NCBI RefSeq assembly: GCF_009914755.1
Contig: NC_060928.1
Direction: 5' to 3' (one strand)
Length of the DNA stretch: 64,000 bases
Origin: the human T2T-CHM13v2.0 reference genome, Homo sapiens
Shown here: in pieces, positions 42,560-61,719 of the stretch
Layout of the letters: the number at the start of each line of letters is the position of its first letter
Numbering within the stretch: the first letter of the stretch is position 1
Notes under the pieces: model-generated
Seen by the model: only the letters and a program-made list of their open reading frames with translations
Database searches by the model: none
What the model was told of the DNA's origin: nothing
Position numbers and translations under genes: made by a program

Positions 42560-43990
42560 TGAGAAATCTCTAAACTGCTTTCCACAGTAGTTCAACTAAT
42601 TTGCATTCCACCAACAGTGTATAAGCATTTCCTTTTCTCTGGATCCTCACCAGCATATGGTTTTTTTTTTTTTTTTTTACTTTTTAATAATAGCTGTTAT
42701 GACTAGTGCGAGATGGTCTCATTGTGATTTTGATTTGCATTTCTATGATGATTAGTGATGTTGAGCATTTTTGTCATATGTTTGTTGGTTCCTTGTATGT
42801 CATCTTTTGAGAAGTACCTGTTCACATCTTTTGCCCAGTTTTTCATAGGGTTACTTGATTTTTGCTTGTTGAATTATTCAAGTTTCTTATAGATTCTGGA
42901 TATTAGACCTTTAACAGATGTGTAGCTTGCTAATATATTCTTCCATTCAATAGGTTGTTTGTTTATTCTCTTGATAGTCTGCTGTGCAGAAGCTCTTCAG
43001 TTTACATCTCACTTGTGAATTTTGAGTTTTGTTGCAATTGCTATTGAGGACTTAGTTATAAATTCTTTCCCAAGGCTGATGTCTAGAATGGTATTTCCTA
43101 GATTTTCTTCAATTATTCTTATAGCTTTAGGTCTTATATTTAAACATTTAATCCATCATGGGTTAATTTTTGCATGGTGAAAAGTAGAGGTCCAGTTTTG
43201 TTCTTTTCCTTATGGCTAGCAAGCTATCCCACCATCGTTTATTGAATAGGGAGTCCTTTTCTCCTTTGCTTATTTTTGTTGACTTAGTGATGGATGACTA
43301 TAGGTCTGTTGCTGTATTTCTGGGCTCTGTATTCTGTTTCATTGATTTATGTGTCTGTTTTTGTAACAGAACCATGCTGTTTTGGTATCTGCAGCCTTAT
43401 AGTTTGAAGTTGGGTAATGTGATGCCTCTGGCTTTGTTCTCTTTGCCCAGGCATGCTTCAGCTATTTGGACTAACTTTTGGTTTTATGGAAATTTTTGAA
43501 TATTTTTTTCTAATTCTGTGAATAATGACATTGGCATTTTAATAGGAATAGCATTTAATGTGTGGATGGCTTTGGTTAGGATGGTTATTTTAATGATACT
43601 GATTCTTCCAGCCTTGAGCATAAAATGTTCTACCATTTGTTTGAGTCATCTATGATTTATTTCAGCAGTGCTTTGTAGTTCTTGTAGAAATCTTTTGTCT
43701 CCTCGGTTAGATGTATTTTTAAGTATATTTTGTTTGTGTGACTGGTGTAAATGTGATTTTGTTCTTGATTTGATTCTCAGCCTGAATTCTTATTGGTGTA
43801 TAGAAATGGTATTGATTTTTGTACATTGATTTTGCATCTTGAAACCCTACTGAAGTCATTTTTCAGTTCTAGCAGGCTTTAGGCAGTCTTTAGGATTTTC
43901 TAGGTATAGAATCATATCATCAGGAAAGAGAGATACCTTCAATTCTTTTCCTGTTTGGATGCCTTTTATAGCTTTCTCTTGCCTAAGTGC
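42560..43990 (-). mobile_element. L1 (old L1PA/L1PB) ORF2 fragment
   Basis: gctgtgcagaagctctt, ttattgaatagggagtcctt and other conserved antisense ORF2 blocks. Confidence 0.8.
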
Positions 43991-44119
43991 TCAATTAGTA
44001 CATTATTGAAATAGAAAGTGCTGTTATTTTAATCATTTATATTTGAAACATAAAATTTAAAAAATGTATTAGCCTATGTTAAGTCCAAATTCATTGCGGA
44101 AATGTACTCATCCACCTAA

Positions 44120-44370
44120 TAATAATAATAGTTGTAGCAAATTGAATATTACTATATACAGCAATTACTTACAGCAACTCTTTTAGCCTCAGCAATGCTA
44201 TTAAGTAGGTAGTGCCATTGCCTCATCTCCATTTCACTGAAGGAGAATGTGAGGCATAGACCTGATAAGTAATTTGCTTAACCATAAGTGATTCTGTAAT
44301 GGTTTTGCAAAGATGATATAGGTTATCTGGATTCAGAGTGCAAGCTCTTACCCACCATCCTATGCTGACT
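44120..44370 (-). mobile_element. MIR fragment
   Basis: ctccatttcactgaaggagaatgtgaggcataga...aagtaatttgcttaa. Confidence 0.5.
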
Positions 44371-45863
44371 ACTCTTTCTGGGTTACAGGTAGTTACAAAA
44401 TGTAACATAGAATCACATTTTTTTCATACATATATATTAATTATAATATTATTACAGGTGTATGATTCAAATATGTAAAAATATTTTTCTGGTTGTCTAT
44501 CACTGCTTAACCAACTGCTCTCAAATGAAGGTGCTTAGAACAGCAACATTTTATCATCACCTGTTTTAATTCTAGGTTGTTGGCCAGGCTCAATTAGGTG
44601 TTTATGGCACAGCATTTCTCAACTGGTTACTGTCCTAAGGTAGCTTAGGCTAATCATCTGAAGGTTAATCACTCACATATCTGGTAATTAGTATTAAAAG
44701 TCTCAAGCTACTGGAGTGCTGGACCAATTGTGACTTCTTAGGCATACATATGTATTTCTACACCAAATGGTATATTTCTCCTGGGGACTGTGGATATGGC
44801 ACAGGGCTCCAAAGTGAGTGGAGAGACCGAGAGAAAGGAAAAAAAATGACAGAAACACAGAGAAAAGGACAGAAGGACAGACAGAGAAAATGTATTCACA
44901 ACTTTTTTGAGCTTTGGAAGTTAAGCTCCTCACTTCCACTATATTTTCTTTTTTAAGACAGCCACAAAGTTTGCTAAATTTCACAGGAAGGGTATATGAC
45001 TTGATTAGAGGATTGCCAATGCATTTGTAATCACATCCCAAAATTACTGCAAATATAACCTTAAAAATTAGAAGAAATCACTAAATTACTATAGAATTCA
45101 TAAAATGTTGACATAAGACAGTAAAATTTAAAAAAATTTTTTATTTAAATTTTAACCATGATTAAAAATTTTAATTAACATTCTAATATATTTATTCATA
45201 AATATTTAAAATATCAAGTAGGTGTCCAAAAACAGTCTGTAAATTTATCAGATAGAGAGTACCAGATTCCTGGTCAATTTAAGTTTTCTAAATGGCACTA
45301 ATAGATTGATAATATTATATTAAAACCTAAGAACATGCTATCTCAAATCAATGTTTATTTCACTAATTAATTTTTAAAACTATATAATTAAATATAAAAA
45401 CAAATTTGTGCAAGGTTAGTGAATGAAGTATGTAGAATCAAAATTAAAAGTAGAATCCTCGATGTTTATACAGATTTACAGATTCTTAATTTTATTTCAA
45501 AGAAGTATACTCATTTTTTTCTGGAACTTGTTTTTCATTTAGCAATGTGATGTGGAGAACATTCCCTGATATTGTCTGTAATATGCCTGTTCTCTGTAAT
45601 TGCTTCATACCTTCTACTTTTTGTGGGAGGTATGTATGTGCACTGACTGATAGCCATGTAAGTGATGGAGGGAACAACCTGTACATACATGCACTCAGGT
45701 GCAAGTGTATCTGGATAGCAGATGACTAGATGTAGAATTGCAGAGTCAAACTCTAAGTATAATTTTTTTTGTAAGGGTTATTTCACTTTATACTCTCTCA
45801 CAAACTCTTTTCTCAGGTTCTTATGTTTGATCAATCTCCTGTGGGAAAATAATTCATTGACTT

Positions 45864-46319
45864 TTTATGGCTACATAGTAATCCATGGTGTATACATACT
45901 GCACTTTCCTTATTCAGTCTATCATTGATGGACATTTAGGTTGATTTCATGTCTTTGCTATTGTGAATAGTGTTGTAATCAACATATACATGCATGTGTC
46001 TTTATAATAGAATGATTATATTCCTTTGGGTATATACCCAGTAATGGGATTGCTGGGTCAAATGGTATTTCTGTCATTAGGTCTTGGAACAGACAACCAA
46101 ATGCTGCATGTTCTCACTTACAAGTGGAAGCTAAATAATGAGAACACCTGGAACACATGAACAACACACACTGGGGCCTATTGGAGGGTAGAAGGTGGGA
46201 GGGGGGAGAGGATCAAGAAAAATAAGTAGTGGGTTCTGGGCTTAATACCTGGGTGATGACACATATTTGCCTATGTAACAAACTTGCACATGTACCCCTG
46301 AACTTAAAAGTTAAAAAAG
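45864..46319 (+). mobile_element. Short 5'-inverted (twin-primed) L1
   Basis: Antisense ORF2-end segment 45864-46085 joined to sense 3' end 46086-46319. TSD ttcattgactt at 45853-45863 and 46320-46330. Confidence 0.85.
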
Positions 46320-47463
46320 TTCATTGACTTAACATTATTGACTTAATAAATTATAATGTCCAATTTTCTAGTACAAGTAGCTTTTGTCATCTTTTTTATG
46401 TGATTGGCCATTTTTACTTCTGTGAATTGTCAATTCATATCCTTCATCTATTTTCATATTGGTCTGTTTGTCTTTTTGGTTGGTGATATATAATAGCTCT
46501 CATTGTACAAGGGATACCAGTCCTTTGTCTACGTATTGCAGGATAGGCTTGATGTAAATTACTTTAGGTTGGTATGCATGATGTAACAATATTATCTGCT
46601 ATGACACTATATTTATTCAATATTTCTTAAAAATGTTTCATTTATCTGGATACATTTTATAAAAATTCTGCTGCAATCTCTTCCAATAATTCCCTTAGCA
46701 TCAAAGTTTTAATTTATTTTTAGAATACATTCATGCCATAGGTCATAGAGTGGTTGTTGTGAGACTTGGATGATGGTCTTCTTGCCAATAAAGACACAAA
46801 GGTTTTTGTTAACCCATACTACTTTGATCACAAAGTGTTTCCTTGATGTGTAGCTTTTAGGAGGGCCTTGAGAATTCCTGAGATTTTATTATTTGCCATT
46901 TTTTGGGTAATTTTTGTGTTCTTGATATTATTACTGATTATGATTAGTTGCAATATGTTTACATTAAAAATGATTATCTTATTTTTAGTCATGCTAAATG
47001 ACTTATGTTTTCATATTAGTGTTATGGGATGAATAGAGCTACAGGCTTCTGTGGAAAGAGAGAAACATGAGACATCCTTATATAAAACAGGGTTATATAG
47101 AATAATGGTCACTTTTAACTGTCTTCTACAAACACATTCAGTTTCAGAAACATCTGTAAGGTAGCTCAATAATTCTGTGCCTTGTTTTGGAAGAAGTGAA
47201 CACATATATACATGTACAGTTGTGATAATCAAAATCGGTAAGTCCCCTTAAAGTGCTGGTTCTATATTATCACAACCTACAATTCAGGCATTTAATCCAC
47301 TATTAACGTTTAAAAATGACCGTGAAAGCAACCAGTTCACACTTTAGAAAAGTTCATGGGGAAAAGACAATTAGCTTGTGAACAAAGGTTTTCCCAAATA
47401 GTTAAATTTTGTAGTATTTGTCAGGTAGGAGTCATTCTATCTCTAATTTGTCATATATTGTGC

Positions 47464-47902
47464 TTTTGATCCTTGAACAACATGGAGGTTTGAACTGAAC
47501 CTCTGATTATATGCAGATTTTCTTTTGCCTCTGCCAGCCTGAGATAACAAAGCCAACTTCTCTTTCTCTTCCTCCTTTGCCTACTTAATGTGAATACATG
47601 AAGAAGAAAACCTTTGTGATGATCCACTTCCACTTAATAAATAGTAAACATATTTAACCTTCCTTGTGATTTTCTTAATAACATTTTCTTTTGTCTATCT
47701 TACTTTATTGTAAAACTATGGTATACAATACATATAGCATGCACAATATGTGTTAATTTACTGTTTATGTTATTGGTAAGGCTTCTGGCCAACAGTAAAC
47801 TATCTGTAGTTAAATTTTGTGGAGTCAAAAGTTATAAATGGCTTTTTGACGGTGTGATAGGAGAGATTTGCCCCTAGGTCCACTGCTGTTCACAGGTCAA
47901 CT
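47464..47902 (+). mobile_element. Tigger2a/MER28-like DNA transposon
   Basis: Inverted termini ttgatccttgaaca / tgttcacaggtcaa; body contains gatgatccacttccacttaa; about 440 bp. Orientation is nominal. Confidence 0.7.
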
Positions 47903-49318
47903 TTACTGCAAAATGATTTAAGTTGGCAGAAGCCAAATGCACTGCCATATTTTTTTAGAAAAGAGGTCATGTTGTAGCCGGATGCACATTAAGGACTAGC
48001 AGCATTACTTGTCTCCAAACCACAGAGGAATATGGTGGTCCCAGATTTTCAGTTTTGTTCCCCAACTCCATGTATCTGAGTCCCATTATTTTGCTCTTCA
48101 GGCCCTGAATTTGGCATAAAGTGTAGTAGAGGCGGACAGTGTCGTCTCCTGTGCATCACTGTTGTTTTGCGATGAAATTCTCAATGTGGTCAGCTGCTGC
48201 TGCTGCAGAAGTCGATTTTCTTCAAACACTGCCAAGAACATCTGACTTACATAGCATATTTTGATTTGATATTTATTCAAACTGAGCCTGCTTTTTTCTT
48301 TTTACAAGCTCTCTGAAACTGTTAAAAGTCTTCACTTTATAAACTATGTAGTTACCATGATCTTTATACTGTTGGTAAAGCAATGATTCACTTTCCCCGT
48401 GTCTTTCACCTCAGTTCTTTTCTTCCCTGTGTGAATTGTATCCATTTTGATCAAAGTGATTTTACTGAATACCAGGAGTTATCACCTCTCAAGTGTTGTT
48501 GGCAAGGAGACTGTTTTTGCCAGTTATCAGTGAATTATTAAATTCCAAAGTCCCATTTTGAGGGTCTGCTTTTTAGTGCCACTTGCCCAAGCTGCCATAG
48601 TCTATTTCTCTCAGAAAGCAAAGCCTGAGATAAGAATTAGTGTGCAATAACTAATTTGAGAAATGTTCTTAGGGTACAGGAGTAGGGGACAGGAAAGGGT
48701 GAAACAAGAAGGGAGAAAAGTCAGTACAAGAATGTGTTACCAAACTAATCATCACCGTGACTGTTGGGACTTAAGCTCATGTGGACCCAGTAGGAAGCTG
48801 TGTGGATGTAAGGCGTGATCATTAACCATCACTTTCTATTGTTCACACTGCCAGGTTATGCATATGTGAGTGAGGGCTAGCTGAGTTTCTTTGACGGTTC
48901 CATGAAGAGATGTTAAAGAAGACTGGTGCAGAAAATGAGAGACCTGTCCTATCAGAAGATGACTTTACAAAGCTCCTTGACACAGCAAAGGCTAGAGAAA
49001 AAAAAATTAGCTGAAAAATATGAGGTGCAACCTAATTTGATCAAATGTATTAGAGCTTTCTTTTTTCTTTTGTTTCATTTTCACAGTATATTACATTTCA
49101 TATGATTGAATACTGTAAATTTTCTCAGTTTTCTGATAAAGTTATGTCTGTGATACAGGAACTAGAAAGAAATTATTCAGGCAGATAGTGAGGGTGAGAG
49201 TCCTCGGTAAGGTTTTGTTTTAATAAAAAGCAGCTCCGCAAATCATTTCCTTGCTAACAAAAAGCAGCCTGAAAAATCAAGCTTCAAACATAGAGAAACA
49301 AGCTAAAAGCTTGCATAG

Positions 49319-50350
49319 GTAGGGAAAAGAAAGAGAGATCAGACTGTTACTGTGTCTATGTAGAAAGGGAAGACATAAGAGACTCCATTTTGAAAAAGAC
49401 CTGTACTTTAAACAATTGCTTTGCTGAGATGTTGTTAATTTGTAGCTTTGCCCCAGCCACTTTGCCCCAGCCACTTTGACCCAACCTGGAGCTCACAAAA
49501 ACATGTGTTGTATGAAATCAAGGTTTAAGGGATCTAGGACTGTGCAGGACATGCCTTGTTAACAAAATGTTTACAGGCAGTATACTTGGTAAAAGTCATC
49601 ACCATTCTCTAGTCTCAATAAACCAGGGGCACAATGCACTGCGGAAAGCCGCAGGGACCTCTGCCCTTGAAAGCTGGGTATTGTCCAAGGTTTCTCTCCA
49701 TGTGATAGTCTGAAATATGGCCTCATGGGATGAGAAAGACCTGGCTGTCCCCCAGCCTGACACCCGTAAAGGGTCTGTGCTGAGGTGGAGTAGTAAAAGA
49801 GGAAAGCCTCTTGCAGTCGAGATAGAGGAAGGCCACTATCTCCCGCCTGCCCCTGGGAACTGAATGTCTCAGTATAAAACCCGATTGTACATTTCTTCAA
49901 TTCTGAGATGAGAGAAAAAAACCACCCTATGGTGGGAGGTGAGACATGTTTGCAGCAATGCTGCCTTGTTATTTTTTACTCCACTGAGATGTTTGGGTGG
50001 AGAGAAACATAAATCTGGCTTACGTGCACGTCCAGTCATAGTACCTTCCCTTGAACTTAATTATGACATAGATTCTATTGCTCACATGTTTGTTGCTGAC
50101 CTTCTCCTTATTATCACCCTGCTCTCCTACTACATTCCTTCCTGCTGAAATAATGAAGATAATAATCAATAAAAACTGAGGGAACTCAGAGACCGGTGCT
50201 GGTGCAGATCCTTGGTATGCTGAGTGCTGGTCCACTGGGCCTACTGTTGTTTCTCTATATTTTGTCTCTGTGTCTCATTTCTCTTTCTCAGTCTCTCATC
50301 CCACCTGACTAGAAATACCCACAGGTGTGGAGGGTCAGGCCACCCCTTCA
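49319..50350 (+). mobile_element. HERV-K(HML-2) solo LTR, LTR5A-like
   Basis: gtagggaaaagaaagagagatcagactgttactgtgtct ... ggccaccccttca, about 1030 bp. TATAAAA at 49873-49879 and AATAAA at 50168-50173. Confidence 0.92.
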
Positions 50351-50444
50351 CTTGCTAACAAAAAGCAGCCTGAAAAATCAAGCTTCAAACATAGATAAAC
50401 AAGCTAAAAGCTTGCATAAGTAAATGCTGGCAACTGTGCCAATA

Positions 50445-51015
50445 ATTCCTCAAGGATCTAGAACTAGAAATACCATTTGACACAGCAATCCCATTACTGG
50501 ATATATACCCAAAGGATTCTAAATCATTCTACTATAAAGACACATGCACACATATGTTTATTGCAGCACTATTCACAATAGCAAAGACTTGGAGCCAACC
50601 CAAATGTCCATCAATGATAGACTGGATAAAGAAAACGTGGCACATATACACCATGGAATACTATGCATCCATAAAAAAGATGAGTTCATGTCCTTTGCAG
50701 GGACATGGATGAAGCTGGAAACCATCATTTTCAGCAAACTAACACAAGAACAGAAAACCAAACACCAATTGTTCTCACTCATAAGTGGGAGTTGAACAAT
50801 GAGATCACATAGACACAGGGAGGGGAACATCACACACTGGGGCCCGTTGGGGTGTGGGGGACTAGGGGAGGGATAGCATCAGGAGAAATATCTAATGGAG
50901 GTGATGGGTTGATGGTTGCAGCAAACCACTGTGGCACATGTATGCCTATGTAACAAAACTGCATATTCTGCACATGTACCCCAGAACTTAAAGTATAATT
51001 AAAAAAAAAAAAAAG
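50445..51015 (+). mobile_element. 5'-truncated L1PA 3' end
   Basis: ORF2 C-terminus, 3'UTR and poly-A (51001-51014) inserted inside the MER61-like LTR. Confidence 0.88.
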
Positions 51016-51499
51016 AAAGAAAAGGGATGGGATACCTTGAAGCCAGGTATATTCAACAGGGAGGTTCCCTCTTTCCTTTCCTTTGTCAACCACACGTGCA
51101 ATAAAGAAGCAGGCAACATGGCACTGGCCAGGTAGAGAAAGCATATGCATGATAGAAGATTAGGGTGGGGCAGCAAGCTTCTTCTTACACTATGTAAATG
51201 GCACCCCTGGTTCCACCAATCCTTTGGGCCCTATATAAATCAGACACTGCTTCCTCAAGCTTGTCTATAAAACCCAGTGCATTTCGCCATGGAACTAGAA
51301 GATCTATTTGGGATCACCTTTCTGCAGGAAAGAGAGCTATTCTCTTTTCTCTTTCTTTCCCCTATTAAACCTCCATTCTTAAACTCACTTCTCGTGTGTC
51401 CGTGTTTTCAGTTTCCCTGGAGTGAGATGATGAGTCTTGGGTATTTACCCCAGACAATGATGCTGCTTAACCTGTTACTTTTATTTATTCTTACTTTAA

Positions 51500-57825
<6,326 letters not shown>

Positions 57826-58239
57826 ATCTTCTCAAAGTTTTACTGTTTCTAGTCTTATGTTGCCATCTTTCATCCATTTTGAGTTGATTTTTGTATATGA
57901 TAAAAAATAAGGGTTCACTTTTTTCTTTTGGTTGTGGACATCCAATTTTCTCAGCACCATTTTTTGAAGAAACTCATCTTTCTTCATTGAGTATATTTGG
58001 GACTCTTATTGAAGATCAGTTAGCTGTATATATTCATGGATTTATTTCTAGGCTTTCTAGTTTGTTATGTAGATCTGTATCTGTTAATGTGGTATAATAT
58101 ACGTGTTAATTTTTGTATGTGAAACTATCTTTCATTCTAGGAATAAACTTGCCATGTCTTCTAGGAAAGAAGTGATGCTGAGTCTGAATACACAGTAAAA
58201 GCCAAGCAACACTACTGGTCTTGCAATCTCAAAAGGAAG

Positions 58240-58699
58240 AGTGAGACTTTTTACATAATTTAATTATTGAAGATTTCATTGGCAAAATTAAAAACAAAAA
58301 TTCTGCTCAAAATGAAGCCAAAATATTCTGAGTATTTGCAAAACAATGTTGATACTATGAGTGGAGTTGTTAATGTTTTGTGATCAAATACAATGTGTGA
58401 AACATAAGGAAGCTCAGTAACTTTTGTGTGGGGTAACTTTTGGATTAGAATAATAAATTTCAATATAAGCCCATAAGGTTTTATATTATTATTTTTCATA
58501 GCTTAAAAATCATTGACATAGAATAATTCCAACTAAAGTACATATTAAATTCCTGGAAAATAAATTTTGACTTAACAGGGTAAGTTGTGAAAAGACGTTT
58601 TGTCGCAGGAAAAAGGAAATCCTCCATTTAAAACCCTCCATGCTGGAATAAAGGAGGAGTCCCATCTTTTGGTCATTCCACTTCAGGCTTTTGATATAA
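58240..58699 (-). other. UGT2B17: UGT2B17 3'UTR with ATTAAA polyadenylation signal
   Basis: tttaat at 58259-58264 is ATTAAA on the minus strand. The cleavage site is inferred. Confidence 0.6.
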
Positions 58700-58979
58700 C
58701 TAATCCCTTTTCTTCTTCTTTCCTGTTTTGGCAAGCTTTCGGAAACAAAACAGGCAACATTTTGTGATCATAAATATCATAGTTGCCACGCAGGCCAGCA
58801 GGAATGCTATCACATCCAAAGAGTGGTACTGGATCCAGGTGAGGTTGTGGGCTGCGACCCGAAGGTGCTTGGCTCCTTTATGGCGCATGACAAACTCAAT
58901 CCAGAAGACTGCTCGATCCAGGGGCTTCACCGGTTGATCATGATGAATTCTTGATAATTTCATGATATTCTCTTTATAG
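58700..58979 (-). CDS. UGT2B17: UDP-glucuronosyltransferase 2B17, last exon (exon 6): transmembrane helix and lysine-rich ER tail
   Basis: Acceptor tttatccttcag|C at 58980/58979; 280 nt encoding [40 protein letters not shown]...[33 protein letters not shown]. The [11 protein letters not shown] segment fits UGT2B17 rather than UGT2B15 as recalled. Confidence 0.92.
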
Positions 58980-59309
58980 CTGAAGGATAAATATAAAGAT
59001 ATCAACATTAAAAGTAAATTTATTGCTTAAGCATATCAAGTCTATGGATGGTCTTTGAAAAGCGCCACACAAGTGATTCAAAGTAAGTGTCATTGAATTG
59101 ACATAAAATATTAATGTTTTAATGTATGTCATTACAGAAAGTTTGGTTTTTAAATTGGAGTTTTATCATTGACAAATACCTTTAAAAATGAAAAATGGAA
59201 TTTTCGGTGGGAAAGTTAATGTTTTTCTAGAGCAGAAAATATTGTGAGCCATTCTAAGTGCTATAAGTAAGATAGTGGAAATAGAATCTGGGAATGATCA
59301 TTTTGATAT

Positions 59310-59612
59310 TTTTAGTTTTTATTTTTTTTTGAGACAGGCTTTTGCTCCATTACACAGGCTGAGTGCAGTCACATGATCATGGCTCAGTGCAGCCTTTCCG
59401 TTTCGGTCTCAGGTAATCCTCCACCTCAGCCTCATGAGAAGCTGGGGCTACAGCTGCGCACCACCATGCCTGGCTATATTTTTTATTTTTTACATTTTTA
59501 GATATGAGGTCTTGCTGTAGTGCCCATACTCATCTGGAACTCCTGTGGTCTAATCATTCTGCCTCTGTCTCCCAAAGTGTTGGCCCTACAGACATGAACC
59601 ACTGTGCCCAGC
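59310..59612 (-). mobile_element. AluJ-like
   Basis: Diverged antisense Alu flanked by cattttga on both sides. Confidence 0.8.
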
Positions 59613-60859
59613 CCATTTTGACATATTTAAAGAAGAATTGTGTCACAACTGGTGAAATGTCTCCTAACTAGTTTCTCAGCTTCTACTCTAATCTTCTGTC
59701 TTCTACCGTATTTTCCTACTAGTAGCCAGAACATTTTCTAAATTAATGTCAAATTATGACAGTTGCCTGTCAAGATTTCCATCTGGTTTCTTGTTACATT
59801 AAGAATAAAATCCAAATCTGTCTGTGGTCTAGAGAACGCTACACAGACACCTACTTGTCCTAACCCTTTCCCCCTGTACACTTTCTTCTAGAGACAATGG
59901 CCTTCTGTTGTTCTTTAAACTCCTGAAGGTGTTCTCACCTTAGCCCGTTTACACCTTTTGTTCCCCATGTCTCTCTCATTGAGCATTCTTTCTTGCAACT
60001 ACTTGAGGTTTGCTTCTATTTCTTTTTGAGGCTTCCCCTTAAATGATACCTCTTAGAGAGTGTTTTCCTGGCCACACTATAGGCACCCATAGGATTTCTC
60101 TACTGCTTCGTTCTTATTTTGCTATTTGATTTCTGGAACTTTAAAATATGTTATATATCTTCCACAATAAAAGTTTAAGTATGAAATACATAGGATAAAT
60201 GTATATACGCTATGTGACTATCTCAAAATTTTAAGATTATCTTAAACATTATCCAAAAGTGAAAACACCAATTTATCACAAACTGCATAGAAGAACTCTT
60301 TCTTCCTGGGCCATTTTAGTCACTACTTTTATCCTCAAAGTAAGTATTAACCTGAATTCTAATATCATAGATTATGTTTATATAATTGAATTAAATAATA
60401 CTTATTCATTTCTGTTTTTGTTTAGCAGTTGTTTAATTGCACTGGTGTAGAGTATTCAGTTGATTGACAAAGACCACAGATCTCTTCATTTATGATTAAT
60501 GGATATTTGTGTTGTTAACATTTTTTGATCTTACTAATAATTATGGTATTAAGATATTTATATATTTTATTAGATTTACATATTTATTCATTTTTGTTGG
60601 ATGTATACTTGGAAGAATAGTTGATGAGAGAAAGGCATATTTATAATTAGAATTTTTTGACTGAATTTTTTAAAAAATATTTTTTATTTTAAAGAATCAG
60701 AGATTGTTTTTAGTTATCATTTTCTGGATGATTTATAATTTGATTCTAGTATGACTAGAACATACTATTTTTATGAATTTGAATCTTATACAATTTACTT
60801 AGCATTTTTTTATGGCCCAGCATATGGTCAATTCCAGTAACTATTTCATACATATAATC

Positions 60860-61165
<306 letters not shown>

Positions 61166-61399
61166 TAAACTCTTTTAAAAATGTTTATTTTCTGTCTACA
61201 CACACACAACCAGAGATATATATATGGATACATATATACAGATATATGTGCAATATATATACACACACACATATATAACACATAGGTTACATTTAATTGT
61301 GTACTTCAAATGTTTTATCTCCTTAAATAAAAGTTTTCAAAGATCATTATTTTGTCTACTTTGGTCTGTTTAAATTTAATGCGAGTACTGGTAGGTTCA

Positions 61400-61700
61400 C
61401 TTTTTTGTTGTGATCTTTGAGATGGAGTCTCGCTCTGTCACCAGGCTGGAGTGCAGTGGCACTATCTCAGCTCACTGAAACCTCCGTCTCCCAGGTTCAA
61501 GTGATTCTCCTGCCTCAAACTCCTGAGGAGCTGGGACTACAGGTGCACACCACCATGCCTAGCTAATTTTTGTATTTTTAGTAGAGACAGGGTTTCACTA
61601 TGTTGGCCAGGAGTATGGTCTCGATCTCTTGACCTCGTGATCTGCCCTCCTCAGCCACCCAAAGTGCTGGGATTACAGGCTTGAGCCACCACATCTGGTC
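61400..61700 (-). mobile_element. AluS (Sc-like)
   Basis: ctgtcaccaggctgg and tcgatctcttgacctcgtgatc diagnostics; ggttcac on both flanks. Confidence 0.85.
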
Positions 61701-61719
61701 GGTTCACATTTTTTAAAAA

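Larger units (their letters stand above)
49151..51470 (+). mobile_element. ERV1 solo LTR (MER61-like) split by LTR5A and an L1
   Basis: Starts tgatacaggaactagaaagaaattatt and ends gggtatttaccccagacaatgatgctgcttaa. Pieces at 49151-49318, 50351-50444 and about 51020-51470. Flanks tctg/cctg. Confidence 0.75.

Noticed and set aside
49448-49482. Tandem gccccagccacttt repeat in the LTR
   Set aside because: Recalled as a normal feature of LTR5A U3 rather than locus-specific.
58700-58979. Assignment to UGT2B15
   Set aside because: [11 protein letters not shown] and the position next to TMPRSS11E fit UGT2B17. As recalled, UGT2B15 reads ATVIFIITKFC.
58980-59008. N-terminal part of ORF 58700-59008 ([10 protein letters not shown])
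   Set aside because: This is the intron's polypyrimidine tract and acceptor; the exon starts at 58979.
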